Source: an uncultured Verrucomicrobiae bacterium | GTDB lineage: Bacteria; Verrucomicrobiota; Verrucomicrobiia; Limisphaerales; Palsa-1400 | NCBI GenBank assembly: GCA_963702845.1 | Contig: OY969763.1 | Location: forward strand, 3,904,001-3,968,000 | Reading direction: 5' to 3' | Length of the DNA: 64,000 bases | In this document: one piece after another, positions 20,184 through 32,148 of the stretch | Layout of the letters: the number at the start of each line of letters is the position of its first letter | How positions within the stretch are numbered: position 1 is the first letter of the stretch | The notes under the pieces: generated by a model | Databases searched by the model: none | Told to the model about the DNA's origin: nothing | The model's input: the letters and a program-made list of their open reading frames with translations, nothing else | Position numbers and translations under genes: made by a program

Positions 20184-20795
20184 ATGTTGCCGCACTTTTT
20201 GAGGGATGGCGGGCCGATGATGTGGGTTATCATGCTCTCGAGCGCCGTGGCACTCGCTGTTTTTCTCGAACGCGTTCTCCAATATCACCGCGAGCAGATC
20301 AATTCTACTGAGTTCCTCAACGGCGTTCGCAACGTGCTCAAACGCGAGAACGTCGTCGAAGCGATCGCCATCTGCGACGCCACGCCCGGGCCGGTCGCGC
20401 GTCTGGTCAAAGTCGCGATTCTAAACCGCGAACGCGGCCGTGACGGCGTTTACGAAGCGCTCGAAGACGCCGGCTCATGGGAGGTCCCGCGCCTGGAACA
20501 AAAACTCAACGTCATCGCCACCATCGCTCAGATCGCGCCCTTGCTCGGCCTGCTCGGCACTGCAATCAGGTTCATGGTGGTGTTTAAACAAATCGAGGTA
20601 GCTGGACAAAGCGCGCATGTTGGGCAACTTTCCGCCGGGATTTGGCAGGCATTGATCTGCACCGCAGCAGGGCTGGCCGTCGCGATTCCCTGCTACGCCG
20701 CATACAATTATTTGGTCGGACGCGTGAATGCTATCGTGCTGGACATGGAGCAGAGTTCCACGGAAATCCTGAATATAGTGAGTCCAGCGAAATGA
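20184..20795 (+). CDS. exbB: MotA/TolQ/ExbB proton channel family
   Basis: GGPMMW, TIAQIAPLLGLLGT, GIWQALICTAAGLAVAIP. Confidence 0.88.
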   Translation: MLPHFLRDGGPMMWVIMLSSAVALAVFLERVLQYHREQINSTEFLNGVRNVLKRENVVEAIAICDATPGPVARLVKVAILNRERGRDGVYEALEDAGSWEVPRLEQKLNVIATIAQIAPLLGLLGTAIRFMVVFKQIEVAGQSAHVGQLSAGIWQALICTAAGLAVAIPCYAAYNYLVGRVNAIVLDMEQSSTEILNIVSPAK

Positions 20796-21229
20796 AATTC
20801 CAACGACGCGCCAGAATTTTTCGGGGGAAATTGGACGTGGCGCCGTTTGCCGCGTTGTTCTTTTTGGTGCTGTGTTGTTTCATGATGCGATCGCTGGTTT
20901 ACACTCCGGGGGTGATTATGCAAGTAACCCCACCGGTCGCCGACGGCTTTGCTGGAACGGACAACCCGACCATCACCATGGCGGTGACCTCCAGTGGTCA
21001 GTTCCTGTTCGACAACCAGGTCGTCGAAGAAGCGGATTTGAAATCGGTCCTGGCACAGAAAGTTTCCGCCGCGCCAAAATCAGCGAAAGGCCTCACGCTC
21101 GTTGTTATCCCCGACAAGTCGGTAACGTACGAAGTGATTACGAAAATCCGTTCACTGGCACGCGACGCGGGCATTTCCGAAGTTTTGGAAGCGGTCAGGC
21201 CGAGTGCCTATTCGATGAAGGCAAAGTAA
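20792..21229 (+). CDS. exbD: ExbD/TolR family protein
   Basis: LDVAPFAALFFLVL TM segment, PDKSVTYE..ARDAGI; ATGA overlap with exbB. Confidence 0.75.
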   Translation: MKFQRRARIFRGKLDVAPFAALFFLVLCCFMMRSLVYTPGVIMQVTPPVADGFAGTDNPTITMAVTSSGQFLFDNQVVEEADLKSVLAQKVSAAPKSAKGLTLVVIPDKSVTYEVITKIRSLARDAGISEVLEAVRPSAYSMKAK

Positions 21230-21237
21230 GATTTTAA

Positions 21238-22061
21238 GTGAGTGAACAACGGACCATGGCAAAACCAGTCGCAGGCCCGGAGCCGAAACGTGCTTCGCGT
21301 CTGGCGCCGTCTGATGCGCGGTCGCGTTGGTCACTGGCGCGCTGGCTGGTTTTAATCAGTGGTTTTTTCATTTTTCAACTTGGCTTCTCGTACTTCGTCT
21401 CCGATCGGCCCATCGGCCACTCTGGCAAAAAAGAACAGCAGCTGAACGCGAGGACGATCCCGGGAACTCTGACCGAAGAACGATTATCAAAAACGTTCTT
21501 CACCACCGATCCCCTATTCTTTCCGTTGGCAAGTCAACACGGGTTCAGCGGACGCGGTTGGATGACCGTGAGTCGGCCTGATCTACAATTTCCGGAAGAA
21601 ATCGAACCGCCGCATTTGCTGGCGTTGCGCAACGAAAGCCTCGGTCGAGTCGCACCCGCGCAGCCGAAACCGGAATTACCATTCCAACTCGGCCAACAAA
21701 GCACGCCTCAAACAGAAGCGTTGCCAGTGTTTGTCGCCGGCGTCGTTCCGCGAACGAATTCGCTCGTCCGCGCCGATGCAAAGTTGCGTGACCGCGCAGT
21801 TGGTTTGCCACTGAAATTGCCAGCGCGTCCCAGCGATAAAGTGTTGAATAATTCGGTAGTGGATATTGCGGTAAATGGTGCGGGTGAAGTGGTCGCGTAA
21901 CGGTTGGTCGCCGCGGCTCCGGGTCTGATAAAGCCGATGCATGACGCGTTGCAAACGCGAAAGCTATTGCGGTTTCGACCTTCAATGCGGTCGGCACAAT
22001 TTGGGGGCAGGCGATTTTCGAATGGGAGACTTCCGAACTACCGGAGGCTGAAAAGAAATAG
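21238..22061 (+). CDS. Putative TonB-like energy transducer (frameshifted near 21900)
   Basis: N-terminal TM, Pro-rich linker, C-terminal SVVDIAVNGAGEV..SGSDKAD..LRFRP; follows exbB-exbD. Confidence 0.5.
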
Positions 22062-22062
22062 C

Positions 22063-22288
22063 ATGACTGGCGAAGCGCTCATTTTCGGCTACGTTGTTTC
22101 TTTACTTGCCGGGCTTTCGATCCTGGCAATATATTCCGAGCTTCGCGGACGGCGGTTTCAACCCGCGCGCGAGCAGGACAGAGTTTTTCGGTGTGACCGA
22201 TGTAGTTCAGTGTATACGGATGATCCGGACGTGGAATTATCGAGGTGCGCGCAGTGCGGGCAGGATGAACGGCGCGATTGAGTTCTAA
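22063..22288 (+). CDS. Small membrane-anchored zinc-ribbon protein (frameshift near the 3' end)
   Basis: TM helix, then CDRC...CAQC. Confidence 0.6.
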
Positions 22289-22364
22289 GCGGTTCGGATG
22301 CGACGTTGCAATTTCGGACAGAGATCATTTTAACTTTTAACAACTAACTCAAAAATATTTGCCT

Positions 22365-23548
22365 ATGGGCATGTGGATTGGACGAAATAGAAAAGCACGC
22401 GTCACCTACGGTTTCGACGAAATCGCTCTGGTGCCGGGTGAAATCACGATCAACCCCAACGAAGTTGATACGAGCTTCAAGATTCCGCGCAAAGACGGCA
22501 GCGACATCAAGCTGAAGATTCCGATCATCGCCAGCGCGATGGACGGCGTCACCGACGTGAAGTTCTGCGTCGAAATGGGCAAGCTCGGCGGACTCGGTGT
22601 GATCAATCTCGAAGGCGTGCAGACGCGCTACGAGAACCCGAGCGAAGTTCTCGAACAAGTCGTCAAAGCCGACAAGGACGAAGTCACCACGCTGATTCAG
22701 AAACTTTATCTGGAACCGATCAAAGAAGAGTTGATCGCCAAGCCGCGTCCAAGAATTGAAAAAGGCCGGCGTCCTCGCCGCCGTCAGTTCCATTCCGCAA
22801 AAGGCGGAGCGCTATCGGCTGCATCGCGCAAGAAGCGGGCGCGGATATTTTTGTGGTGCAATCGACCGTTTCGACCGTGAAACACATTTCCACCGAATAC
22901 AAATCGCTCGAACTCGAAGCGTTCTGCAAAGCGATGAACATTCCGGTGATCATCGGCAATGCCGTTACTTACAATGTCACGCTGCAATTGATGCAGTAGC
23001 GGCGTTGCCGGTGTCCTGATCGGGGTCGGGCCCGGAGCGGCTTGCACCAGCCGCGGCGTTTTGGGCCTTGGCGTTCCCCAGGTCACTGCGACCGTCGATT
23101 GCGCTGCAGCGCGCGATTATTATTTCAAACAAACCGGCACGTTACATCCCAATCATCACCGACGGCGGCATGAGCAAGGGCGGCGATGTTTGCAAAGCGT
23201 TGGCCTGCGGCTCAGATGCCGTCATGGTCGGCAGTGCTTTCGCCCGCGCCAAAGAAGCGCCCGGCAAAGGCAATCACTGGGGCATGGCCACGCCGCACGC
23301 GAACCTGCCGCGCGGCACGCGCATCAAGGTCGGCGTGACCGGCTCGTTGAAACAGATTCTGTTTGGTCCGGCCACGGTGGATGATGGTTCACAAAACCTT
23401 GTCGGGGCGATTACGACCTGCATGGGCAACGTCGGCGCCTCGACGCATCCGTCAATTTCAAGAGACGGAAATCATCATCGCGCCGAGCATCAAGACCGAA
23501 GGCAAATTGTTCCAAACGGTGCAGAGCGTCGGCATGGGCACGCGCTAG
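22365..23548 (+). CDS. guaB: IMP dehydrogenase-related protein (GuaB3 type, no CBS), frameshifted
   Basis: YGFDEIALVP, IIASAMDGV, GVGPGAACTSR, IITDGG, HWGMAT. Confidence 0.85.
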
Positions 23549-23598
23549 AGGCTGCTTTGAAGCTTGCGCCTCGCGAGGTTCTGATAGAAGAAGAGCGG

Positions 23599-24239
23599 GT
23601 GTCGAGCCAGCAAACATTTCGATTGGGAATTCTTGGATTCGGGAAAAGGTTCCAATGCCATGGCTATCGTTGATGCTTGTGAGGGTGGAAAAATTCCGGC
23701 GCAAGTCGCAATCGTGTTGAGTGATGTTGCTGATGCTGGCATTTTGGAAGGCGCGCAGGTGCGCGGGTTGAACAGCCGGCACATCGAGCCCGGGAAATTT
23801 CGGACAAAACTCGACGAAGCGGCCGAGGTCGCATTCATCAAAGCTTTGCAGGAAGCGAAGGTGGATTTGGTCGTGCTGGCGGGCTTCATGCGCATTCTTA
23901 AAGGCGAGTTTTTGCGCGTTTTCAAAGATCGGGTCATCAATATCCATCCTTCGTTGCTGCCGTCGTTTCCAGGGCTTCAGGCTTGGAAGCAGGCTTTGGA
24001 TTATGGCGTGAAGTTCACTGGTGTGACGGTGCATTTCGTTGATCAGGGTATTGATACCGGACCGATCATCGCGCAGGAAACTGTGCCGATTTTACAAGGG
24101 GATACCGCGAGAAACTTTGCACAAGCGCATTCAGGAGGCGGAACATCGGTTGTATCCCGCGGCGGTCGCTGCACTGGCGCGAGGGGATGTTGCGGTGCGA
24201 GGACGGCAGACCATTTGGAAACAAACGGCTGGAGTTTGA
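23599..24239 (+). CDS. purN: Phosphoribosylglycinamide formyltransferase (frameshifted)
   Basis: SGKGSN, VVLAGFMRIL, INIHPSLLPSFPGL, GVTVHFV..GIDTGPII. Confidence 0.92.
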
Positions 24240-24320
24240 CGACTTAAGTCAAAATACCGCGAATTTGCCTGCTAAACCGCTTCCCGGACGCCCTACTCTG
24301 CTTAACTGTGCGGTTGATTT

Positions 24321-24458
24321 ATGCGAAAGCCGAAAAAGAAAAAATTGGCTTTGCCCCGCCAACAGTGGACAATCAACCCGGTTACGCGGGTCAAAGAGTC
24401 CGACAAGAAGTATTCGCGGGCGCGCGTGAAAAAAACCGTTCGTAAATATGAAGAGTGA
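24321..24458 (+). CDS. Unannotated 45 aa basic microprotein
   Basis: [45 protein letters not shown]; stop overlaps the hisG start. Confidence 0.65.
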   Translation: MRKPKKKKLALPRQQWTINPVTRVKESDKKYSRARVKKTVRKYEE

Positions 24459-25332
24459 AAAGCCGGTGTTAAAATTGGGATTGCCCAAGGGCAGTTTGCA
24501 GGACGCAGTCCTGACAAGCATGGCGAAAGCGGGTTATAAAATCTCCGTCAGCAGCCGTTCTTATGTCCCATCCGTCGATGATGAAAGCCTAAGCATCCGC
24601 ATGATTCGCGCGCAGGAAATCAGCCGCTACGTCGAACACGGCTATTTGGATTGTGGCATCACTGGCTATGATTGGATCCAGGAAAATGGCTCGAATGTCC
24701 ATGAAGTCGGCGAATTCGAATTCAGCAAAGTGAGCAGCCAACCGACGCGCTGGGTCCTGGCTGTGCCGGAAGATTCTCCAATTAAATCTCCGAAAGATCT
24801 CAATGGCAAACGGCTCGCGACAGAAGTCGTCAATTTGACGAACAAATACCTCAAGCAGCACAATGTTACGGCTGAGGTCGAATTTTCATGGGGTGCGACT
24901 GAAGTGAAAGCGCACGAATTGGTCGATGCCATTGTTGAAGTCACCGAAACCGGTTCTTCACTGCGCGCCAATAAATTGCGCATCGTCGACACCTTGCTGG
25001 TTTCCACGCCCCGCTTGATCGTCAATCACGACTCGTGGAAGGACGAGTGGAAACGTAAGAAGATCGAAACGATGGCGATGTTGCTCCGCGGCGCGATCGA
25101 AGCCGAAAGCAAAGTCGGAGTGAAGATGAATTTGCGGAAGAAAGATTTGGAGACCGTTTTGAAGGCTTTGCCTGCTTTGCGCAATCCAACTGTTTCGACT
25201 TTAAGCCAGCCGGACTGGGTCGCGATTGAAACAATCATTGACGAAAAGATTGTCCGAGAATTAATTCCTCAATTAAAAGAGGCGGGTGCAGAAGGAATTA
25301 TTGAATATCCTTTAAATAAGGTTATATACTAG
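24448..25332 (+). CDS. hisG: ATP phosphoribosyltransferase (long form)
   Basis: [39 protein letters not shown]-terminal regulatory domain. Confidence 0.95.
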   Translation: MKSEKPVLKLGLPKGSLQDAVLTSMAKAGYKISVSSRSYVPSVDDESLSIRMIRAQEISRYVEHGYLDCGITGYDWIQENGSNVHEVGEFEFSKVSSQPTRWVLAVPEDSPIKSPKDLNGKRLATEVVNLTNKYLKQHNVTAEVEFSWGATEVKAHELVDAIVEVTETGSSLRANKLRIVDTLLVSTPRLIVNHDSWKDEWKRKKIETMAMLLRGAIEAESKVGVKMNLRKKDLETVLKALPALRNPTVSTLSQPDWVAIETIIDEKIVRELIPQLKEAGAEGIIEYPLNKVIY

Positions 25333-25356
25333 CCGCCGACACGAACTAAGAAACCT

Positions 25357-25458
25357 ATGGGTTCATTAAAAAAACGACGTAAAGCAAAAATTAATAAGCA
25401 TAAACGCCGCAAGAAGCTGCGTGCCAATCGCCATAAGAAGCGAACCTGGCAGAAGTAG
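25357..25458 (+). CDS. 33 aa bS22/mS38 (AURKAIP1/COX24-domain)-like small ribosomal protein
   Basis: [33 protein letters not shown] matches the MGS.KKRR...KHK.RK.LR..R pattern. Confidence 0.8.
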   Translation: MGSLKKRRKAKINKHKRRKKLRANRHKKRTWQK

Positions 25459-25557
25459 CCAGTAGCTGGCGACCGATATGTCGGGAATGCAAAATACAGT
25501 TTAGCGAGCGCATCCCGCGTGGAAGTGGGGTGCGCTCGCCTGTTTGGTTTGGACGCA

Positions 25558-27266
25558 ATGAGAAGAATGCGCATCAACTGGATTGGATCGGTGATGGCGG
25601 TGGCATTGGTTGCCGCCGGTTGCGCAAGTCGTCCCAAGCCGCATTGGGCAGCCTCGCCGCGCAACGTGGTGGAGGTGAAGTCCCCTGCTCCGCCGCGCAC
25701 CAATTCGGTCGCCGAACCGGGAGCGGAAGCGCTCGCGCATTTTGCAGCCGGCGTCAGTTACGAAGCCAACACGAACCACGTGTTGGCGCTTTCGCATTTC
25801 GAACAAGCAGCGCAAGCCGATCCTGGAAATGAACCGCTGGTGATCGAATTGTCGCGCCAATATCTGGCTCGTAAGGAGACGCAAAAAGCGTTGGACTTAT
25901 TGAAGAAGGCGGCGAAGCATCCGAACGCGACAGCCGGAGGTTTCCGGTTGGCTGGCCGAGGCGTATCTAAAGTGCGGCAAGACAAATCAGGCTATCGAAG
26001 TTGGTCGCCACTCGATGGTGACGTGGCCGACGGCTTTGGAGGGTTATCGCAGTCTGGCGGCGATCTATTTGCAAACTGGTGAACCGCAGGAAAGCCTGAA
26101 AGTGCTGAATCGCGCGGCCAAAGTTCAGAAAGTCGACGCAAAATTTCTGATCGGGCTGGCTGATTTTTACGCGGCGTGGGCGCAGGATCGCACCGAAAAG
26201 AAGGACCAGGTCAAAACACAGGCGGTTACACTGCTCGACCGCGCGGCGACAATGAAACCGCCCGAGGAATTGATCCAACACGTCGCCGATACTTACAACC
26301 ATTTTGGCGAAACGAAAAAGGCGGCAAAGTATTATTTGCAGGTGTTGACGCAGGAGTCGGAGCCTTCGGTTACAGCGCGATGCGGTGCGTGAGGAGATTG
26401 CGAATATTTATCTACAGAGCGACGATCGCAAGGGGGCTTACGAGCAACTTGAAGCGATCGTTCACGATAATCCGACGAGGTATCCACAGGCGTGGTATGA
26501 GTTGGGAGTGCTTGCTTATGAAGATAAAAATTTGATCGATGCCGCGCGGAATTTTGAAAAAGCGCTAATGCTCAACACCAATCTGCAACGTGCGTATTAC
26601 AATCTCGCACTGGTGCAGATCGACCTCAAACACAACGAGGACGCGGTGAAGACGTTGGCTACTGCAAGCGCCAAATTTAGAAACTCCTTTCTGGATGAAT
26701 TTTTCTCGGGCATTGCGCACATGCACATGAAAAATTTCAAAGAGGCGGTTTACCATTTCACCGCCGCGGAAGTCATCGCCAAAGTCAAAGACCCGGCCCG
26801 CCTGACGTATGATTTTTACTTTCAATTCGGCGCAGCGTGCGAGCGCAACCACGATTACAAAGAAGCGGAAAAACATTTTCTCAAGTGCATCGATCAGTCA
26901 CCCGACTCGCCGGAAGCACTGAACTACCTCGGGTTTATGTGGGCCGAGCACGGACAAAATTTGGAGAAGGCGCGTGAGTTGATCGAGAGAGCGGTGAAAA
27001 AAGAGCCGAAGAACGGCGCGTATTTCGATAGCTTGGGTTGGGTGCTTTTTAAATTGAATCAGCCGCGCGAGGCTCTGACATGGTTGTTGAAGGCGCAGGA
27101 ACTTACGCCTGAACTGGACGCCACCCTGCTCGATCACCTTGGCGACGTTTACATGGCCTTGAACCAGGAGGACAAAGCCCACGAAGCGTGGAAGAAATCT
27201 CTGTCACTCGAGGCGAATGACGACGTGCAAAAGAAACTGGCCTCGGGCAAAAAGGCCGGGAATTAA
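25558..27266 (+). CDS. TPR-repeat lipoprotein (frameshifted)
   Basis: Lipobox LVAAGC; TPRs; EALNYLGFMWAE, GAYFDSLGWV, LDHLGDVY. Confidence 0.8.
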
Positions 27267-27268
27267 CG

Positions 27269-27652
27269 ATGCACCGCCACTTTTCCAGGCACTACAGTTT
27301 GGAAGAAGCGCGCGCACTGTTGCCCGACGTGCGGAAGTGGCTGGAGGAGTTGGAGAAACTTCAGGCGCAGCTTGAGCCCTTGAATAAACGCGCAGCGAGC
27401 ATGATGGGGCTTGGCGATGATATCGGTGGCGATACCGTCAATTCGCTCGTTCGCACACTGGTCGACTGCAAAACAATCTTGAACGAATTTCGCACTCGCG
27501 AAATTCAGATCAAAGATTTCAGCCGCGGCCTCGTTGATTTTCCTTCGTTGCGTGAGGGACGGGAAGTTTTCCTTTGCTGGGAGAAGGACGAGGACGACAT
27601 CGAATTCTGGCACGATTTGGATTCGGGTTTCACCGGTCGCGAAAAACTCTAG
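27269..27652 (+). CDS. DUF2203 family protein
   Basis: YSLEEARALLP, IKD..GLVDFP, VFLCW, FWHDLDSGFTGR. Confidence 0.85.
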   Translation: MHRHFSRHYSLEEARALLPDVRKWLEELEKLQAQLEPLNKRAASMMGLGDDIGGDTVNSLVRTLVDCKTILNEFRTREIQIKDFSRGLVDFPSLREGREVFLCWEKDEDDIEFWHDLDSGFTGREKL

Positions 27653-28192
27653 ATGACGGCTCCAAACATCTCAGCGCGGCAGAACTGGAAGCCGGCCTTG
27701 CGCACATCCGTTTATCACCGAAAGACATTGGTTCCGTTGAACTGATTGTTCGTCGCCCGAATCGTGACGAGCGCGAGATTTTGCAGGAAGCCGCTTTATC
27801 GCCCGAGTGCGGCGTTGAAGGAGATAACTGGCGCGCACGCAGCACCACGCCGAATCCAGCGACTCAACTGACGGTCATGAACGCAAGGGCCGTCGCGCTA
27901 GTCGCTCAGTCGAAAGAACGTTGGGCGTTTGGCCGGTGATCAGTTATTTATCGATCTCGATTTAAGTTTGGAAAATTTACCGCCGGGATCGCGCATCGCT
28001 CTGGGCTCGGCGATTATTGAAGTCAGCCGGGAGCCACACACAGGTTGCAAGAAGTTCATCGCGGGCTTCGGGCAGGAGGCGATGAATATTGTTAACTCGC
28101 CGCTCGGGCGGCAGCTCAATTTGCGGGGCATCAATGCGCGAATAGCCCAGGCTGGCACGGTCCGAGTGGGTTATGTTGCCCGAAAGCTCTAG
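27653..28192 (+). CDS. MOSC domain protein (frameshifted)
   Basis: SPKD.G.VELIVRRP, GVEGDNW, AGDQL, PHTGC.KF, RGINA. Confidence 0.8.
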
Positions 28193-28236
28193 GCGTTTCC
28201 GCTTTTCTGGCGGGTCGATTTGTTTACATTTCTTCG

Positions 28237-29205
28237 ATGCGAATTTTATCCGGCATACAACCTTCAGGCACGCTGCATCTCGGGAATTATTTCGGGATGA
28301 TGAAGCCCGCGATCGAACTGCAGAATCAGGGCGAGGCGTTGTATTTCATCGCGAACTATCATTCGATGACGTCGTTGTTCGATGCTGAACAACGGCGCAA
28401 GAATACTTTGGATGTGGCGCTGGATTTTTTGGCGTGTGGCCTCGATCCGAAAAAGTCACTGTTCTTCGTGCAGTCCGGACGTGCCCGAGGTGACTGAATT
28501 GGCGTGGTTGCTGACGACGCTAACCCCGATGGCGATGCTTGGAGAATTGTCACAGCTATAAGGACAAGATCGCGCGCGGCATCGCCGCGAACCACGGCAT
28601 TTTTGCGTATCCGGTTCTGATGGCGGCGGACATTTTGATTTACGATTCGAACATCGTGCCGGTCGGCAGAGACCAAAAGCAGCACGTGGAGGTGACGCGC
28701 GACATCGCGATCAAGTTCAACAACACTTACGGCGAAACGTTCGTGGTGCCGAAGGAGCAGATTCGCGAAGACGCTGCGGTGGTGCCCGGCACGGACGGTC
28801 AAAAGATGTCGAAGAGCTACGGGAACACGATCGAGATTTTCGGCGAAGAAAAAGCGGTGCGCAAAAAGATCATGGGCCTGTTGATGGACAGTCGCACGCC
28901 GCAGAACCGAAGCCCGACGCGGACAAAAATCTCGCGATTCAGTTGTTGAAGCTGTCGCGTCCGCCAGACGTGGCGAGAGATTTACGAAGACCGGTTGCGC
29001 GCGGGCGGATTTAGGTTATGGCGATTTGAAGAAGGCGCTGTTCGAGCACTATTGGAATTATTTCGCCGAAGCGCGGACGAAGCGCGCGGAACTGGCGGCG
29101 AACCCGGATCACGTTAATCAAGTTCTTAAAGAGAGCGCGACAAAAGCTCGCACAATCGCGGACAAAGTGCTGAAACGCGCGCGCCTCGCCAGCGGGATTG
29201 ACTAG
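28237..29205 (+). CDS. trpS: Tryptophan--tRNA ligase (frameshifted)
   Basis: [39 protein letters not shown]. Confidence 0.93.
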
Positions 29206-30093
29206 CAATAGTGATCGGCCTTTGCGCCCAAATCAGGCTTGGCAAGCATTCCCCAAACAATTCCCGCCACGAATCCACCCGCATGGGCCCCATTGGCGAC
29301 GTTCGGAATGATGTTCACGGCGCAGAGAAAAACCACGGATCATCATGCTCACCATTGTTGCGGCACGAAATAGGCCCGAACGGGATCCAATTTCCGCGCA
29401 TCCAGATATAGCCAAACAGACCGTAGAGAACACCGGACATGCCGCCAAACCTCGGGCCTTTACAGTAGAATTGAGCAAGATTCGAAACAATTCCAAGTCC
29501 GACCACCATCCCCAAAAACGCTCCAACTTCCCGTCGCAACTCAATATCGTCCCAAGAGTTTTCATCAAAGCATGTTGAACGAGTATTGTAGAATGGCCGA
29601 AGTGCATAAAAATTGGTGTGATCTAGCCGCCAGACTTCGCCGTGCTGAATTTCCGGAAGTCGTGGCGAGAAGTATTCACTCATAAACAACGTATGGAGCT
29701 TTGCAACGGCATGCTCAGGAAAACCCGGTGTAGCGGACAAACCAGCGCAGATTAGACATCAGAGCCAGAGTAATTGCGTCCACCGAGGCGATTGATCGAA
29801 AAATCGTTTTCCCGCGTGTAAACCCGTTCCCCTAGCTTTCAACTCCGCCTCGCGTTCGTGTGCTTGAAGTTTTCACCGCGCCTCGCGCCCAATGCGAATT
29901 TCGGATCAGATGGATGTGCCAAATAATCGGCGAGATGTTGTTTGCCGGCGTCGACCTGATCTTCGGAATAGATCCAAACGGCCCATTTACTTTCTGCATC
30001 GGGCTCGATGGAACTCTTGATTTCCAACGAACTCAAGTAATCGGAGAACATCCGCGCATCCGTTTCGCCTGTAACATGACCAATCAACCGCAT
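29202..30093 (-). CDS. glpG: Rhomboid intramembrane serine protease (GlpG-like), frameshifted
   Basis: N-terminal soluble domain, GEVWRL, FGGMSGVLYGLFGY, AHAGG. Confidence 0.8.
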
Positions 30094-30202
30094 AATTAAC
30101 AGCGGGTTCAACATGCCTCTGAATGCGGAGAAAAACAGAAAAATCGTGTGCGGCGACAAAATCCTTGCGCACAATCGCAGGCGTCTCGACAATTACGCAT
30201 CG

Positions 30203-32048
30203 ATGCGCCTGTTTATTTTTCTGTTCCTATGTCCGTTTCTCGCATTTGCCGAACCGTTGCATTTCGCGTGGTTGAGCGATACGCATGTCGGTTCGCCGAC
30301 TGGCCGGCTGATCTTGCGTGCGACGATTAAGGACATCAATTCCCAATCCAATCTCCAATTCGTCATTGTTTCTGGCGATTTGACGGAACTTGGTAAGGAC
30401 GAAGAATTCGAGCTGGCCAAAAGCATTTACGACGAATGCAAAATCCCACGTCTACTCACGCCCGGGAAATCACGACTGCAAGTGGTCGGAGTCCGGTGCG
30501 ACATCATTTTCGAAATTCTGGAGCTGCGGACAAGTTCGTGTTTAATGCCGGTGGTTACACGTTTCTTGCGATGCATGAAGGGCCAGTGATGAAAATGGGC
30601 GACGGACATTTTCGCCGCAAGATTTGCGTTGGCTCAAATCCACGCTCAACACCCTGCCCAAAAACCAAAAGCTGATTTTCGTGACGCATTACCCATTGGA
30701 TGAGCAATTGGACAACTGGTATCAGGCGATTGACTTGCTGAAGAAATACAATATTCAAGCGGTTCTCGTTGGACACGGGCATGCGAATAACAAAATGAAT
30801 TTCGAGGGGATTCCGGCAGCCATGGGCCGTTCGAACTTGCGTGCGCACAAAAAGTCGGCGGCTACACCATCGTCGACATCAACAACGGCAAAATGACGTT
30901 GACGGAACGCAATCCTGGCGATGGCACAAAAAAGCCATGGCATCATATCACGCTCGAAAAGCACGATTTCACAAACGACAACAAACAATGGCCCCGGCCG
31001 GATTACTCGATCAACAAAAAATATCGCGCACGTTAAGGTAAAGTGGCGAGTTCAACGCCCAGTGGTTGGCCGCAGCTTCTCCGGCGATTGCCAATGATTG
31101 CGCGATCATCGGCGATCGTCAGGCACGGTGCACGCGTTCTCGCTGAAGAATGGAAAGCCGAAATGGGAATTCCAAACGCACGGGCCTGTATACTCCACCG
31201 CTGACACGAGCGAAGGACATATTGTTTTCGCCTCGTGCGATGGCGGCAATTTATTCGCTCGATCCAAAGACCGGAAAACAACAGTGGAAATACTCGACAC
31301 TTACACCCGATCGTTGCTTCGCCCCGCACCGCCAATGGAAAAGTTTTCATCGGCGCCAGTGACCACAAGTTTCGTTCGCTGGATTTGCAAACAGGCAAGT
31401 TGCTTTGGGAGTTTCCCGACGTGAAATTTTACGTGGAAGCTAGGCCGTTGGTGCTGGATGACGCGTGATTTTCGGCGCGTGGGACGAATCACCTGTATGC
31501 GCTGGACATAAACACTGGCAAACAACTCTGGGGTTGGAGCAGTCCGCGCATTGGATCAATGTCTCCCCTGCTGCTTACGATCCGATCAGCGCAGTCGGGC
31601 AAAATTTTTGTCGTTGCACCCGACCGCGAAATAACCGCGCTGGACGTGAGCACCGGCAAACAACTTTGGCGCACTGCTGACTATCAGGTGCGCGAAACCG
31701 CAGGCATTTCACAGGACAAATCGCGGTTTTATGTCCGCACGATGGGTACACTTGATGGCACGTCCGCAGTCCTGCTGGCGTTCTCCACTCGGCCGACAAG
31801 CCAGAGAAATTGTGGTCGACAGATCCACATTACGGCTATGACATCAATTCAGCGCAGATCGTCGAAAAGGATGGCGTGGTGTTTTATGGGACGAAGAATG
31901 GTTTGGTCCTCGCGCTGAATGCCAAAACCGGCGCCATCCTTTGGCACACAAACTCGGCAACACCATCATCCATACACTCGCTCCTCTCTCAGCGCACCGC
32001 GTTTTGGCCACCGATTTCGACGGCAAAACGACTTTGCTGGAGAACTAA
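30203..32048 (+). CDS. Secreted calcineurin-like metallophosphoesterase fused to PQQ-like beta-propeller (many frameshifts)
   Basis: SDTHVG, SGDLT, PG-NHD, THYP, GHGH; repeated LD..TGK..W propeller blades. Confidence 0.75.
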
Positions 32049-32148
32049 ACATCTAAGAGCCATTGGATCCGTTCGTCACACAAACGTAACGTTCGCTGGC
32101 ACATTTTTTTCGTGCCATTCTGTCAGCTTGTGTTACCAAGGCGGCGTT

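Noticed and set aside
24321..24458. his operon attenuator leader
   Set aside because: No His codons and no terminator hairpin with U-tract
28237..29205. trpS, purN, guaB and acnA as pseudogenes or programmed frameshifts
   Set aside because: Multiple irregular indels with intact motifs and no consistent slippery sites; sequencing error is more parsimonious
31810..32148. Apparent fusion of the beta-propeller with DUF47 (ORF 31810..32778)
   Set aside because: Caused by a frameshift near 31950; the propeller gene ends at 32048 in another frame and DUF47 starts at 32149
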